Part shown: one piece after another, positions 45,605-56,259 of the stretch
How positions within the stretch are numbered: the stretch's first letter is position 1
Layout: each line of letters opens with the position of its first letter
Assembly (NCBI GenBank): GCA_030428785.1
Contig: JAUIEF010000002.1
Location: forward strand, 18,892-82,891
Origin: a bacterium
GTDB lineage: Bacteria; Planctomycetota; B15-G4
Reading direction: 5' to 3'
DNA length: 64,000 bases
Program-made: the position numbers and the translations under genes
Notes under the pieces: model-generated
What the model saw: only the letters and a program-made list of their open reading frames with translations
Told to the model about the DNA's origin: nothing
The model's database searches: none

Positions 45605-47029
45605 ATGAAGATCACCGTCGCCCCGGGAGACGGCATCGGCCCCGAGATCATGGACGTCGTCCTCGACGTCTTCCGGGCCGCCCGCGTCCCCCTCGAGTTC
45701 GACCTCGTCGCCATGGGCAAGGACGTCGCCCTGGCCGGCGACCGCACCGGCATCAGCCCGGAGGCCCGCGCCTCGGTGGAGGAGACCGGCGTCCTCTTCA
45801 AGGGCCCGATGGAGACGCCGAAGGGCGGCGGGCACAAGAGCGTCAACGTGACCGCGCGCAAGCTCTGGGGCGCCTTCGCGAACAAGCGCGTCTACCGGAT
45901 GCTGCCCGGCGTGCCGTCGCCGCTGGGCCTCACCGAGCTCGACCTCACGATGGTCCGCGAGAACATCGAGGACACCTACGGCGCCGTCGAGCACATGCAG
46001 ACGCACGACGTCGCGCAGTGCCGCCGCTTCATCACGCGCCCCGGCAGCGAGCAGGTCCACCGCTACACCTTCGAGATGGCCGCGCGCAAGGGCGCCCGCC
46101 GCGTGACCTGCGCGCACAAGGCCAACATCATGAAGCTCACGGACGGGCTGTTCCTCGAGACCTTCTACGAGGTCGCCAAGGAGTACCCGCACCTGAAGGC
46201 CGACGACGTCATCGTCGACGCGCTCGCGATGAAGCTCGTGACCGAGCCGAACAGCTTCGACGTGATCGTCATGCCCAACTTCCAGGGCGACATCCTCACG
46301 GACCTCGCCGCGGGCCTCGTCGGCGGCCTCGCCTACGCGCCCTCCGCGAACATCGGCGAGTCGGTCTGCATCTTCGAGGCGGTCCACGGCACGGCGCCGG
46401 ACATCGTCGGGATGGACAAGGCCAACCCGACCGCGCTCCTGCTGAGCGGCACGATGATGCTGCGGCACCTCGAGCTCGTGGAGCACGCGCAGCTCATCGA
46501 GGGCGCGCTCGAGCGGACGCTCGACCAGATGAACCACCGCGAGGACATCTCGGAGTTCGTCTCGGACTTCCGCACGTCGATCTTCCGCTACCTCATGCTC
46601 GAGCAGCTCCGCGCGGGGCGGGTCGATCGGCGCCGGACGGACGTGCAGGCTCCGCGCCTGCCGCGCCGCTCCGAGCCGCGCATGCTCGTGAGCCCCACGC
46701 CCGGAGCGACCTCGCTGCGCGGGGTGGACGTGTTCCTCGAGTCGCCGCTCACGCCGGACGCCGTCGCCCACCAGCTCACCGGGCTGAGCGACGAGCTGCG
46801 CCTCACGATGATCTCGAACCGCGGCACGCAGGTGTGGCCCACCGGGTCGACCTTCACCGACTGCGTGAACCACTACCGCGTGCGCTTCGAGGGCGACCGC
46901 GCGGTCTCGCAGCAGGTGCTCGTGACGCTCCTCGCCCAGGTCGCCGAGTGCTTCCCGCTGTGCAGCGCCGAGTGGCTCCGCGAGGTCGACGGCAAGCCGG
47001 CCTACTCGCTCGCGCAGGGCCAGGCCTGA
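45605..47029 (+). CDS. isocitrate/isopropylmalate dehydrogenase family protein (NAD-IDH-like) with ~130-aa C-terminal extension
   Basis: MKITVAPGDGIGPEI, NFQGDILTDLAAGLVGGL and GSAPDIxG-like motifs. Confidence 0.8.
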   Translation: MKITVAPGDGIGPEIMDVVLDVFRAARVPLEFDLVAMGKDVALAGDRTGISPEARASVEETGVLFKGPMETPKGGGHKSVNVTARKLWGAFANKRVYRMLPGVPSPLGLTELDLTMVRENIEDTYGAVEHMQTHDVAQCRRFITRPGSEQVHRYTFEMAARKGARRVTCAHKANIMKLTDGLFLETFYEVAKEYPHLKADDVIVDALAMKLVTEPNSFDVIVMPNFQGDILTDLAAGLVGGLAYAPSANIGESVCIFEAVHGTAPDIVGMDKANPTALLLSGTMMLRHLELVEHAQLIEGALERTLDQMNHREDISEFVSDFRTSIFRYLMLEQLRAGRVDRRRTDVQAPRLPRRSEPRMLVSPTPGATSLRGVDVFLESPLTPDAVAHQLTGLSDELRLTMISNRGTQVWPTGSTFTDCVNHYRVRFEGDRAVSQQVLVTLLAQVAECFPLCSAEWLREVDGKPAYSLAQGQA

Positions 47030-47423
47030 TGAGCACGACGACGACCGCCGAGCCGCCGCGGCACGCGCCCCGGCGCCACGTCCCCGAGCCCCGACGCTCC
47101 GCCCGCTCGCCGTACCGCCAAGTCCACATGCTGCTCTCCAACCACGCGAACGTCCTCGCCGTCCTCGCCTCGGACCCCGCGGTCCGCGTCCGTGAGATCG
47201 CCCAGCGTGTCGACCTCACGGAGCGCGCGGTGCAGGGCATCCTCGGCGACCTGGTGGACGCGGGCCTCGTCACGCGGGTCCGTCGCGGCCGCCGCAACAC
47301 CTACCGCCTGCACCTCGACCGGCGGATCCCCGGGCCGATCGAAGCGCGCGCCACGGTGCGCGAGCTCGTGGAGCTCGTGACGGGGCGCTCGCTCGACCGC
47401 GCCGGCGCACGGGAGGACGAGCG

Positions 47424-47427
<4 letters not shown>
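47029..47427 (+). CDS. winged-helix transcriptional regulator (MarR/ArsR-like)
   Basis: [49 protein letters not shown] overlaps the IDH stop (TGATG). The true start could be the internal ATG at 47128. Confidence 0.55.
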
Positions 47428-47935
<508 letters not shown>

Positions 47936-47939
<4 letters not shown>

Positions 47940-49147
47940 ACACCGACACCTCTCCCGTCCTCCCCGGCGCGACGCTCGGCGTCCTCGGGGGCGGCCAGCT
48001 CGGCCGCATGTTCGTCCTCGCGGCGCGGCGCCTCGGCTACCGCACCGTCGTCTTCGCGCCGGAGCAGGACCCGCCCGCCGGCCAGGCCGCCGACCGCACC
48101 GTGCGCGCGCCCTACGCCGACCTCGACGCCGTCGAGCGGTTCGCGCGCGAGGTGGACGTCGTGACGTTCGAGTTCGAGAACGTCCCCGTCACCGCGGTGC
48201 GCGCCGCGGAACGGCACGCGCCCGTCCGCCCGTCGCGCGCCCTGCTCCACGCGACCCAGGACCGGCTGCGGGAGAAGCGCGCGCTCTCGTCGCTGGGGCT
48301 GCCGGTCGCGCCCTTCGCCCCGGTGCGGGAGGAGTCGGATCTCCGCCCCGCGCTGCTCGCGACGCGCGCGCCCGCGGTGCTCAAGACCTCGGGCTCGGGC
48401 TACGACGGGCACGGGCAGCGCCGCGTCGGGACCGACGAGGGTCTCGCCGCGGCCTGGGACGAGCTCGACCGCGCGCCCTGCGTGCTCGAGGCGCTCGTCG
48501 ACTTCCGCGACGAGCTCTCGGTCGTCGGCGCGCGCGGACTCGACGGCGAGGTCGCGCTCTACGAACCCTTCATGAACCGGCACGCGAACCACGTGCTCGA
48601 CGTGACCCTCTCGCCGGCACCCGTGCCGGGGGTCGTGCGCGACGCCGCCCACGAGATGACCCGCGCGGTGCTCGAGGCCTTCGACGTCGTCGGCGTCCTC
48701 TGCGTCGAGTTCTTCCTGCTCCACGACGACTCGCTCGTCGTCAACGAGGTCGCGCCGCGCCCGCACAACTCGGGACACGTCACGATCGACGCGCACCGCT
48801 GCGACCAGTTCGAGCAGCAGGTCCGCGCGGTGTGCGGGCTGCCGCTCGGCTCGACGCGCCAGGTCGTGCGGCACGCCGCGACGGCCAACCTTCTGGGCGA
48901 CCTCTGGGAGGACGGCACGCCGGACTGGCCGGCGCTGCTCGCCGACCCCGACGTCGCGCTGCACCTCTACGGGAAGTCCGCCGCGCGGCCGGGCCGCAAG
49001 ATGGGGCACCTGACCGTCACCGGCCGGACGATCGACGACGCCGAGCGACGCGCCCGCGCCGCGCGTGCCGTCCTCCGGGAGGGTGTCGCCCGCTCCGCGT
49101 CCTCGACGGGTCGCCTCAGCGCCGTGTCAGCACGAAGCGCGCGTTGA
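47936..49147 (+). CDS. purK: N5-carboxyaminoimidazole ribonucleotide synthase PurK (ATP-grasp)
   Basis: [12 protein letters not shown] and an ATP-grasp core. GTG start overlaps the purE stop (GTGA). Confidence 0.85.
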
Positions 49148-49892
49148 GCGGCTGCACCGGCCGGTTGTTGCTGTAGTACACCGAGTCGATGCGCTCGATC
49201 TGCTCGCGCGTGAGGTGCAGCGGCTGCGCGAGCACGAACCAGCGCACGCCCTCGCTCGCGGGCGGCGTCGTGAGCGAGCCGTCGTAGGTGTAGTAGTCCA
49301 GCGACTCCGGCAGCAGCTGCGACACGTCGACGGGGAGGAACTCGGCGACGAGCTCGTCGTCCGGGTGGCCCACGAGCTCGACCGCGAGGAGGCTCTCGAG
49401 CCCGGCGCGCTCGTTCTCGCCCTCGACGAAGAGCACGGCGACCACCGCGAGGTGCCCCTGCCCGTCCGCGTGCACGAAGTGCAGCTCGAGCTCCGCGTGC
49501 TCGCCGTCGACGGTGTGCTCGCTCGGCGCGTGGAAGTGGAGCTGACGCAGCTCGTACGCGTGGTCGCCGAAACCCAGCACGGCGCCGCCGGGCGCGATGG
49601 CCTCGACCGTGTGGCCGTTGTTCAGCAGGTGCGCCGGGACGAGGTGCGTCTCGATGCGCAACGGCGGGAGGTCGGCGCCGATGACGTCACCGGTCGCGAT
49701 GTCGATCGGCGACTGGGACCCGCCGATCTTGGCGAGCACGTACGCGGGGTCGAGGTCGCCCCAGGTCGCGGGGCCGTGGGTCGCGTAGTCCCACTCGGCC
49801 TCCGCGGCGTCGTCGCGGGGCGCCGCGCACCCGACGAGCACGGTGAGCGCGAGGAGCGTGACGAGGAAGGACGGCTTCCGTGGACGAGGCAT
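49116..49892 (-). CDS. alpha-class carbonic anhydrase, lipoprotein/secreted
   Basis: QSPIDI, LHFHAPSEHTVDG and ELHFVH zinc-ligand motifs. Lipobox LVGC; AAGGAGGA RBS. Confidence 0.85.
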   Translation of the reverse strand: MPRPRKPSFLVTLLALTVLVGCAAPRDDAAEAEWDYATHGPATWGDLDPAYVLAKIGGSQSPIDIATGDVIGADLPPLRIETHLVPAHLLNNGHTVEAIAPGGAVLGFGDHAYELRQLHFHAPSEHTVDGEHAELELHFVHADGQGHLAVVAVLFVEGENERAGLESLLAVELVGHPDDELVAEFLPVDVSQLLPESLDYYTYDGSLTTPPASEGVRWFVLAQPLHLTREQIERIDSVYYSNNRPVQPLNARFVLTRR

Positions 49893-50037
49893 CCGCGAAT
49901 CCTCCTTGCAGCGGTCCGGAGGCACGACGGTATCACCGGACCGCCGCGCCCCGACTCCGCACAAGGGCGGTCGTCGGCACGGTGGAGAGCGGACGCGACG
50001 GGCCGGCCGCCGCCGACACTCCGCGCCTCGCGGGACC

Positions 50038-50400
50038 TCAGAGGGTCACGACCGTCAGGCAGCCGAGCAGCATGAGGAAGGCGGGCAGCGAGCGGCGCGG
50101 CGGGTCCGTCACCTTCACGTGCATGAACACGGCCCCCAGCATGAGCGCGGCGAGCAGCGCGGCGGCGGGCTCCACGAGCGCCGGGATCCAGATGCCGGCG
50201 ACGAGCGCGAGCGCGCAGAGGAGCTTGAGCGCGCCGATCACGGCGACGGACCAGGCGGGCAGGCCGTAGGCGGCGAACTCCTCCTTCATGTTCGACGCGG
50301 CGCCGCCGCGCCAGGCGCTGGGCCGGCCGAAGCGGAGGATCCAGACGTTCACGATGCCGAGGGCGATCAACACCTGGAGGACGGGGAGGAGGTCTTGCAT
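50038..50400 (-). CDS. DoxX-family small membrane protein
   Basis: 120 aa with 3-4 TM helices and a DoxX-like pattern. Confidence 0.7.
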   Translation of the reverse strand: MQDLLPVLQVLIALGIVNVWILRFGRPSAWRGGAASNMKEEFAAYGLPAWSVAVIGALKLLCALALVAGIWIPALVEPAAALLAALMLGAVFMHVKVTDPPRRSLPAFLMLLGCLTVVTL

Positions 50401-50968
50401 GACGGGGGGGAGCGCGGGCGCTCGCGGTCGGGGATCGGGGACGGGTGTCGCGGCGGGTTCGCGGTCCGACGTCACGCGGATTCGCGCGTCTCCTCTCCGC
50501 CGCGGCGTTCCTCGGGTCCGGCGAACCGTGGCCGGAGAAGCGGCGGCGTCCGCCCGCTGCGTCGACGTCGCAGGCGGAGGCGACGAGCGCCTCGCGAAAC
50601 TCGAATCCGCGGCCGGAGCGGCCACGAAGCCTCGGACGTTCCCCACCGAGATCTCCCCATGCACTGCTCCCTGAACACCGCGACCCTCACTCCTCCCGGT
50701 CAACTCGTCCAGGCGATCGCCGAGGAGCTCTCCCGCATCTCGGGCGACCCGCTCGCCCGGCTCCTCCCCGCGGCCCGCCGGCTCCTCGCCGACGCGCTCG
50801 CGGAGACCGAGATCCGCGCGCCGCGGACGGCAGGTCGTCGACCGTCGCGGCGCCGCGAGCCCGCGGCGGCCTGAAGCGCTCGACTCCCCGGCAGCCCGGC
50901 GTCGCACCTTCCGCCCGGCACCGGCCCCACATCGAACCTCCTCGCGAACCCGAACCCAGGAGCCTCCC

Positions 50969-51400
50969 GTGAACACGTCCTTGCTCTTCCGCCCCGCCGT
51001 GCGCTCCGCCGAGACCCACCGCGCGCGCTTCGAGGTCAACACCCTGCTCTGCACGGCGCTCGGCGCGCTCTTCCTCGGCACCGGCATCGCGAAGATCGTC
51101 GCCGCCGACTTCGTCATCGAGACCTTCCGCGGCTTCGAGCTCGCGCCCTCGCTCCTCGTCGCGATCGGCTTCGTCGAGCTGGCGGCCGCGGTGCTCACGA
51201 TCATCCCGACGACCCGCCTGCTCGGGACGGGCACGCTCGCGACGCTCATGCTCGGGGCGCTCGGCTACCACGTGATGCGCGGCGAGGCGCTCATGTCGAT
51301 CCTGCCCGCCAGCGTGTTCCTCGCGGCGGTCGCATCGCTGCTCATCGAGGTGAGCCTGCGCGTCGCGGAGCCCGTCACGGAGCGCGTGCGCTCGAACTGA
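50969..51400 (+). CDS. DoxX-family membrane protein
   Basis: GTG start with AGGAG upstream; TM helices; GTGIAKI...[10 protein letters not shown] pattern. Confidence 0.7.
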   Translation: MNTSLLFRPAVRSAETHRARFEVNTLLCTALGALFLGTGIAKIVAADFVIETFRGFELAPSLLVAIGFVELAAAVLTIIPTTRLLGTGTLATLMLGALGYHVMRGEALMSILPASVFLAAVASLLIEVSLRVAEPVTERVRSN

Positions 51401-51474
51401 CCGGCGCCCGCCCGGGTCGACGACGACGCGCCCCCCGTCGTCGTCCGGCCCCGTGACGCCGGCCCGATCATCCG

Positions 51475-51816
51475 ATGACGAACACGTTCATCGAGGGGGC
51501 ACGCCTGCTGTCCGCCGTCGCGTTCCTCGGCTTCGGGACGGCCTGCCTCGTCACCCGCCGCATGCGTGAGGAGTTCGAGCGCTACGGCCTCGCGCGGTGG
51601 CGGCTGCTCGTCGGCCGGCTCGAGCTCGCGGGAGCGGTCGGGCTCCTCGCGGGACCCTGGTGGCCGCGCGTCGCCGTCGCCGCGGCCGCCGGCCTGGCGC
51701 TCCTCATGGCGCTGGGCGTCGCGACCCGCGTGCGCATCCGCGACTCGCTCGCGCAGACGCTCCCCGCCGCGCTCCTGTTCGTGACGAACGTGATCGTCGC
51801 GCTCGGCACGTCGTAG
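51475..51816 (+). CDS. DoxX-like membrane protein
   Basis: 113 aa with 4 TM helices; similar composition to its neighbour. Confidence 0.6.
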   Translation: MTNTFIEGARLLSAVAFLGFGTACLVTRRMREEFERYGLARWRLLVGRLELAGAVGLLAGPWWPRVAVAAAAGLALLMALGVATRVRIRDSLAQTLPAALLFVTNVIVALGTS

Positions 51817-51868
51817 CACCCCACCTGCTACGATCCTCCCGCGCCCCCGGCGGTGCGCGCGCGCGAGG

Positions 51869-52525
51869 ATGTCCCCGTTGTCCGACACCGACCCCGGATC
51901 CCGCCCCGCCCGTGAGCCGGACTCGGGCGCCGCCGCGCCGTCCGTGACCTGTCGCCTGGCGATCGCCGCGCGCGCGGCCCGCCCCGGCGGGTTCGAGGCG
52001 CTCCACGCGCGGTTGAGCCCGTCGATCCTCGCGTGGGCGCGCATGCCCCGTCACCGGCACCTGCGCGCCGTCATGGACCCGGACGACCTCGTGCAGGAGG
52101 TGTGGATCCGCGCGTCGGACCACCTCGCGTCCTTCGACCCCGCGCGCGGGACGTTCCGTCAGTGGATCTTCAAGATCGCGAAGAACCTGTCGATCGACCT
52201 GCTGCGCGCCTACGCGCGGTCGCGCGACCGCGGCGCCCCCGAGCCGCGCGGCGGGAGCTCGACGCAGGGGCTCGCGGCGCTGCCCGGCGCGCCGTCCGCG
52301 TGGCGCGACGTCGCGCGCAGCGAGGCGTTCGAGGCCTTCCTCGCGCGGGTCGCCGCGCTCCCGGACGACGACCAGACGCTCCTCGTGGGCGTCGGCATCG
52401 AGGACCTGCCCGTCGCGCGCGTCGCGCAGCGGCTCGACATCTCGGAGGCCGCTGCGCACAAGCGCTGGCAGCGGCTGCGCGCGCGGCTCGTCGCCGAGGG
52501 CCTGCCCGAGGGCGTCATCGAGTAG
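51869..52525 (+). CDS. ECF sigma factor
   Basis: Region 2 DLVQEVWIRA...FRQWIFKIAKN; region 4 LPVARVAQRLDISEAAAHKRWQRL. Confidence 0.8.
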   Translation: MSPLSDTDPGSRPAREPDSGAAAPSVTCRLAIAARAARPGGFEALHARLSPSILAWARMPRHRHLRAVMDPDDLVQEVWIRASDHLASFDPARGTFRQWIFKIAKNLSIDLLRAYARSRDRGAPEPRGGSSTQGLAALPGAPSAWRDVARSEAFEAFLARVAALPDDDQTLLVGVGIEDLPVARVAQRLDISEAAAHKRWQRLRARLVAEGLPEGVIE

Positions 52526-55500
52526 CGGCGTCGAGCCCCAGCGCCTCGCGCTCGATCGACGTGAGCGCGCGCGGCGGCGGGCCGGACGTCGCCGGGTCCG
52601 TCGGCCAGAGGCGCGCCGTGCCGTCGAGGCTCGCGGTGATCACGAGCCGGCCGTCCGGGTCGAAGCCGCCGTGCGTCACCTGGCGCTCGTGCCCGACGAG
52701 CCGCATGTGCGGCACGAGCCGCCCGTCCTCGGGGCGCATGAGGAACGCCGTCCCGTCGTCGGAGGTCGTGAGCACGAAGCCCGCCGACGACACGGCGAGG
52801 TGCGTCACGAGGCTCGTGTGGTTCTCGTGCACGGTCACCTGCGCGCCGAAGCCGTCGGGCCACTCCATGACCTGTCCCATCCAGCGGCGCGCGCCGATGA
52901 CGCGGCCGTCCGGCAGGAACCCGAGCCGCCCGATGCGCGAGATGGGCGCGCACGGCTCGACGGTCCCGTCGGAGAGGTCGAGCCGTCGGATCCAGGTGTC
53001 GTCCGCCGCCGTGAACAGGGACCGTCCGTCCGGCGCGAAGCGCACGTCGAACACGCGCGACTGGCTGTGGTCCGCGTACCGGTGGTCCCAGTCGTCCACG
53101 ACGTGCACCGGCTCCGCGCGGTCGGGCGACCACACGCGTGCCGTGCGGTCGCTCCCGGCCGACGCCATGAGCGCGGCGTCCGGCGCGACGCGCAGCTCCT
53201 GGAGCGCGCCCAAGTGCCCGACCCAGTCGTGCAGCAGCCGCCCCGTGTCGTCCCAGAGCCGGAGCTCCCCGCGGTCGCTCGCCGTGACGACACGCGACGC
53301 GTCGACGAACCGCCCGTGCGTCACGGCGCCCGCGTGCGGGCCGAGCGCCACGGGCTCCCGGCCGTCGTGCCACAGCCGCGCCCAGCCGTCGTCGCCGCCC
53401 GTGAGCACCGCCTCGCCCGTCGGTGCCCACGTCGCCACGCGCACGACCGCGCCGTGCGGCAGCACGTCGAGGCACGCGCCGTCCGCGACGCTCCACACGC
53501 GCGCGGTCCCGTCCGACGACCCCGTGAGCGCGCGCGCGCCGTCCGGCGAGAAGCTCGCGCGCAGCACCGGCCCCTCGTGCCCGAGCAGCGGGCGCGGCGG
53601 GCGGCGCGCGAGCCGCCACACGAGCACCTCGCGCTGCGAGAAGAGCACGACCTGCGTCCCGTCGTCGCCCCACCGCAGTCCGTCGAGCCGCGACGCCGGG
53701 CGGCACCGGTCGAGCTCCGCGCCGGTGCGCGCGTCCCACAGGATCGCCGTGCCGTCGAGGCTCGCCGTCGCGAGCCGCGCGCCGTCCGGCGAGTACGCGA
53801 CGGACCACGTCGAGCGCCCGCCGCTCTGCGGCAGCGCGAAGAGCGGCGCGTCGGGCGAGGTCCGCCAGTCCCACACGAACGCGCTGTCGCCGGACGACAC
53901 GGCCAGGTCGCCGGGATCGCAGGACGTCGCGAGCCGCTCGCCGCGCGCGTCGAAGCACACGTCGAGCACCTTGCCGGGGTGACGCAGCACGGCCGCGCAC
54001 GCGCCGCCGCGCGCGAGGTCCCAGACGCGCACGGTGCCGTCGCGGCTCGCCGTCGCCGCGAGGGCGGCGTCCGGCGAGAAGGTCGCCGTGATGATCGGGC
54101 CGACGTGGCCGCGCAGCGTCGCGACGAGCCGCCCGTCCGCGGTGTCCCAGACGTGCGCGACCGGCTCCGCGGGGCGGTCGCCGCCCAGGCTCGCGAAGGA
54201 GACGAGGCGCGACCCGTCGTCGCTCGGCCCGCCGTTCGAGGACACGAGCGTCCCGTAGTCGTGGAGCGGCGTCGGCGCCTCGCCCGGCCGCCACGTGGTC
54301 AGCCGACCGCGACGGTCGCCCGCGAAGATCCGCCCCGTCCCCGGCAGGCGCGCGAGCGACGCGATCGCGACGTCGCTCGGCTCGGCGACCTCGAGCGCCT
54401 GTCCCGTCCCCGTGTCCCACACGACGACGCGGCCCGCGTCGTCGCCCGTCGCGACGGTCCGCCCGTCCGGCGCGAGCTCGACCCGGCGCACGCGCTCGCC
54501 CGGGTCGATCGAGGACGTCACCTCCCAGCGGCGCGCGTCGTACAGATCGACCGTCGCGCCGCGCGAGACGGCGGCGACGTCGCCCTCCTGGTCGAAGGAC
54601 GTGAACGTGCCGAGCCCGCGGTGGTCCCGGTGGTGGAGGAGCGCGCGCAGCAGGGCGTCGTTCGTCGCGAGGACGCCCGGCGCGCGCCGGTGCGCCTCGC
54701 TCGCGACGGCGTACGCGTAGCCCGGGTCGCGCGGCGCCTGCTCGACGGCCGTCCGCGCGAGCAGCTCGACGAGCCGCTCCGAGCCGCGCCGCTCCGCCTC
54801 GAGGTACAGCCCGCCGACGAGCGCGAGCAGCGCGCTCAGCAGCACGAGCACCGCCGCGGCGCGCGGGCTCCGCTGCGCCCACCGCACGAGCCGCGTCCAC
54901 GCGCCCGGCGGCGAGGCCTCCACGGGCCGGCGCTCGGCGACGCGGCGCAGGTCGTCGGCCAGCGCCTCCGCGGTCGCGTACCGTCGGCGCGGGTCCTTGT
55001 CGAGCGCGACGCGGAGCACGGCGTCGAGCTCGCGCGGCACGTCGCGGTTGCGGGCGGTGGGCCGGACGACCTCGTCGTGCAGCACCGCGCGCTCGATCGC
55101 CGAACGCGACGCGCCGTCGAACGGCTTGCACAGCGTGAGGCATTCGTAGAGCGTGACGCCCAGCGAGTAGACGTCGGTGGTCCGGTCGACGCGCCGCTCG
55201 CCGCGAACCTGCTCGGGTGACATGTACGCGGGCGTGCCGAGCGCCTCGCCCGTGGCGGTGAGCGAGGGGTCCTCCTCCTCGTCGACGCGCGCGAGCCCGA
55301 AGTCGAGCACGACGGGCCGACCGGCCGGCGTGATGACGATGTTCCCGGGCTTGATGTCGCGGTGCACGATGCCCGCCTCGTGCGCCGCGTGGAGCGCGCG
55401 CGCCGTCCGTTCCACCGCAAGGACCACCGCGCGCGCCTCCGCCGCGTCGCGCGGGCCGACGGGCAACGGCGAGCCGGCGACGTCCCCGCCGCGTCGCCCC

Positions 55501-55988
55501 TCCCGCGCCCGGGCGAGCACGCGGGACAGCGGCTCGCCCTCGACGTACCGCATCGCGACGTACGGCGGCGCGTGGTCGAAGTCCGCCTCGTAGAGCGCGC
55601 AGATGTCGGGGTGCTCGAGCGAGCTCGCGATCCCGGCCTCGCGCCGCAGCCGGTCGAGCCGCCGGCCGAACACCTCGATGGTCTTGAGCGCGACCGGGCG
55701 GTCGAGCAGCGTGTCGCGCGCCAGCGAGACGACGCCCTGCCCGCCGCGCCCGAGCTCGCGCACGATCTCGTACCGGCCCGCGAACAACGTCGCCTTCGAC
55801 CGCGGCCGCGCCGCGGCGTCCTCGAGAGCGAGGAATTCGCGCGCGATGCGCTCCTCGTCGCCGGGGAACCGCGACAGGTACCAGCCGAGGTCGCGCGTCC
55901 CGCCGGATTCCCGGTGCTCGACGTAGAGGCTCAGGAAGTCGTAGAGCTCCGCCGTCTCGTCGAGCCTCCAGTCGGACGTGTCGGACAT
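52515..55988 (-). CDS. Ser/Thr protein kinase with TM segment and C-terminal WD40 beta-propeller repeats
   Basis: Kinase motifs GRGGQGVV, ALK, HRDIKPGNIV, DFG, SPE. TM helix; more than 14 WD40-like repeats. 3' end overlaps the ECF sigma gene convergently by 11 nt. Confidence 0.9.
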   Translation of the reverse strand: MSDTSDWRLDETAELYDFLSLYVEHRESGGTRDLGWYLSRFPGDEERIAREFLALEDAAARPRSKATLFAGRYEIVRELGRGGQGVVSLARDTLLDRPVALKTIEVFGRRLDRLRREAGIASSLEHPDICALYEADFDHAPPYVAMRYVEGEPLSRVLARAREGRRGGDVAGSPLPVGPRDAAEARAVVLAVERTARALHAAHEAGIVHRDIKPGNIVITPAGRPVVLDFGLARVDEEEDPSLTATGEALGTPAYMSPEQVRGERRVDRTTDVYSLGVTLYECLTLCKPFDGASRSAIERAVLHDEVVRPTARNRDVPRELDAVLRVALDKDPRRRYATAEALADDLRRVAERRPVEASPPGAWTRLVRWAQRSPRAAAVLVLLSALLALVGGLYLEAERRGSERLVELLARTAVEQAPRDPGYAYAVASEAHRRAPGVLATNDALLRALLHHRDHRGLGTFTSFDQEGDVAAVSRGATVDLYDARRWEVTSSIDPGERVRRVELAPDGRTVATGDDAGRVVVWDTGTGQALEVAEPSDVAIASLARLPGTGRIFAGDRRGRLTTWRPGEAPTPLHDYGTLVSSNGGPSDDGSRLVSFASLGGDRPAEPVAHVWDTADGRLVATLRGHVGPIITATFSPDAALAATASRDGTVRVWDLARGGACAAVLRHPGKVLDVCFDARGERLATSCDPGDLAVSSGDSAFVWDWRTSPDAPLFALPQSGGRSTWSVAYSPDGARLATASLDGTAILWDARTGAELDRCRPASRLDGLRWGDDGTQVVLFSQREVLVWRLARRPPRPLLGHEGPVLRASFSPDGARALTGSSDGTARVWSVADGACLDVLPHGAVVRVATWAPTGEAVLTGGDDGWARLWHDGREPVALGPHAGAVTHGRFVDASRVVTASDRGELRLWDDTGRLLHDWVGHLGALQELRVAPDAALMASAGSDRTARVWSPDRAEPVHVVDDWDHRYADHSQSRVFDVRFAPDGRSLFTAADDTWIRRLDLSDGTVEPCAPISRIGRLGFLPDGRVIGARRWMGQVMEWPDGFGAQVTVHENHTSLVTHLAVSSAGFVLTTSDDGTAFLMRPEDGRLVPHMRLVGHERQVTHGGFDPDGRLVITASLDGTARLWPTDPATSGPPPRALTSIEREALGLDAATR

Positions 55989-56090
55989 CGCTGCGCTCCC
56001 GCCTCGGTCCCGCCCCGGGGTCTCGCGGCCATCCTCGTCCGGCGACCGCGATCCGTCGAGCCTCCCGTCCCTACGTCGGCGGGCCGCGCG

Positions 56091-56156
56091 CTGGACAGGC
56101 GTTCTGAGTGCGCGCCGGGAGCGCGCGCGGATGGCGCCGCGGAATCGGCTGTCCAG
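56091..56156. promoter_or_regulatory. 8-bp inverted repeat pair CTGGACAG...CTGTCCAG spaced ~50 bp apart, in a divergent intergenic region
   Basis: Perfect reverse-complement 8-mers at 56091-56098 and 56149-56156, between the STK-WD40 gene and the secreted gene at 56260. Confidence 0.25.
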
Positions 56157-56259
56157 TCGGCACGCGCCCCGTCGTAGGGACCGTCATCGACGCCCGCGCC
56201 GCGCGGCGCGACGGCGATCGCGGAACACGACGACCACCTCTGCACACACAGGAGCTCCC

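Noticed and set aside
50659-50874. 71-aa ORF in the 568-bp gap as a confident small protein gene
   Set aside because: No RBS, Ala/Arg/Leu-rich composition and no domain. Kept only as a possibility in the findings.
52210-55220. 977-aa and 849-aa ORFs overlapping the STK-WD40 gene in other frames
   Set aside because: Arg-rich antisense or alternate frames; the kinase/WD40 frame has all catalytic motifs.
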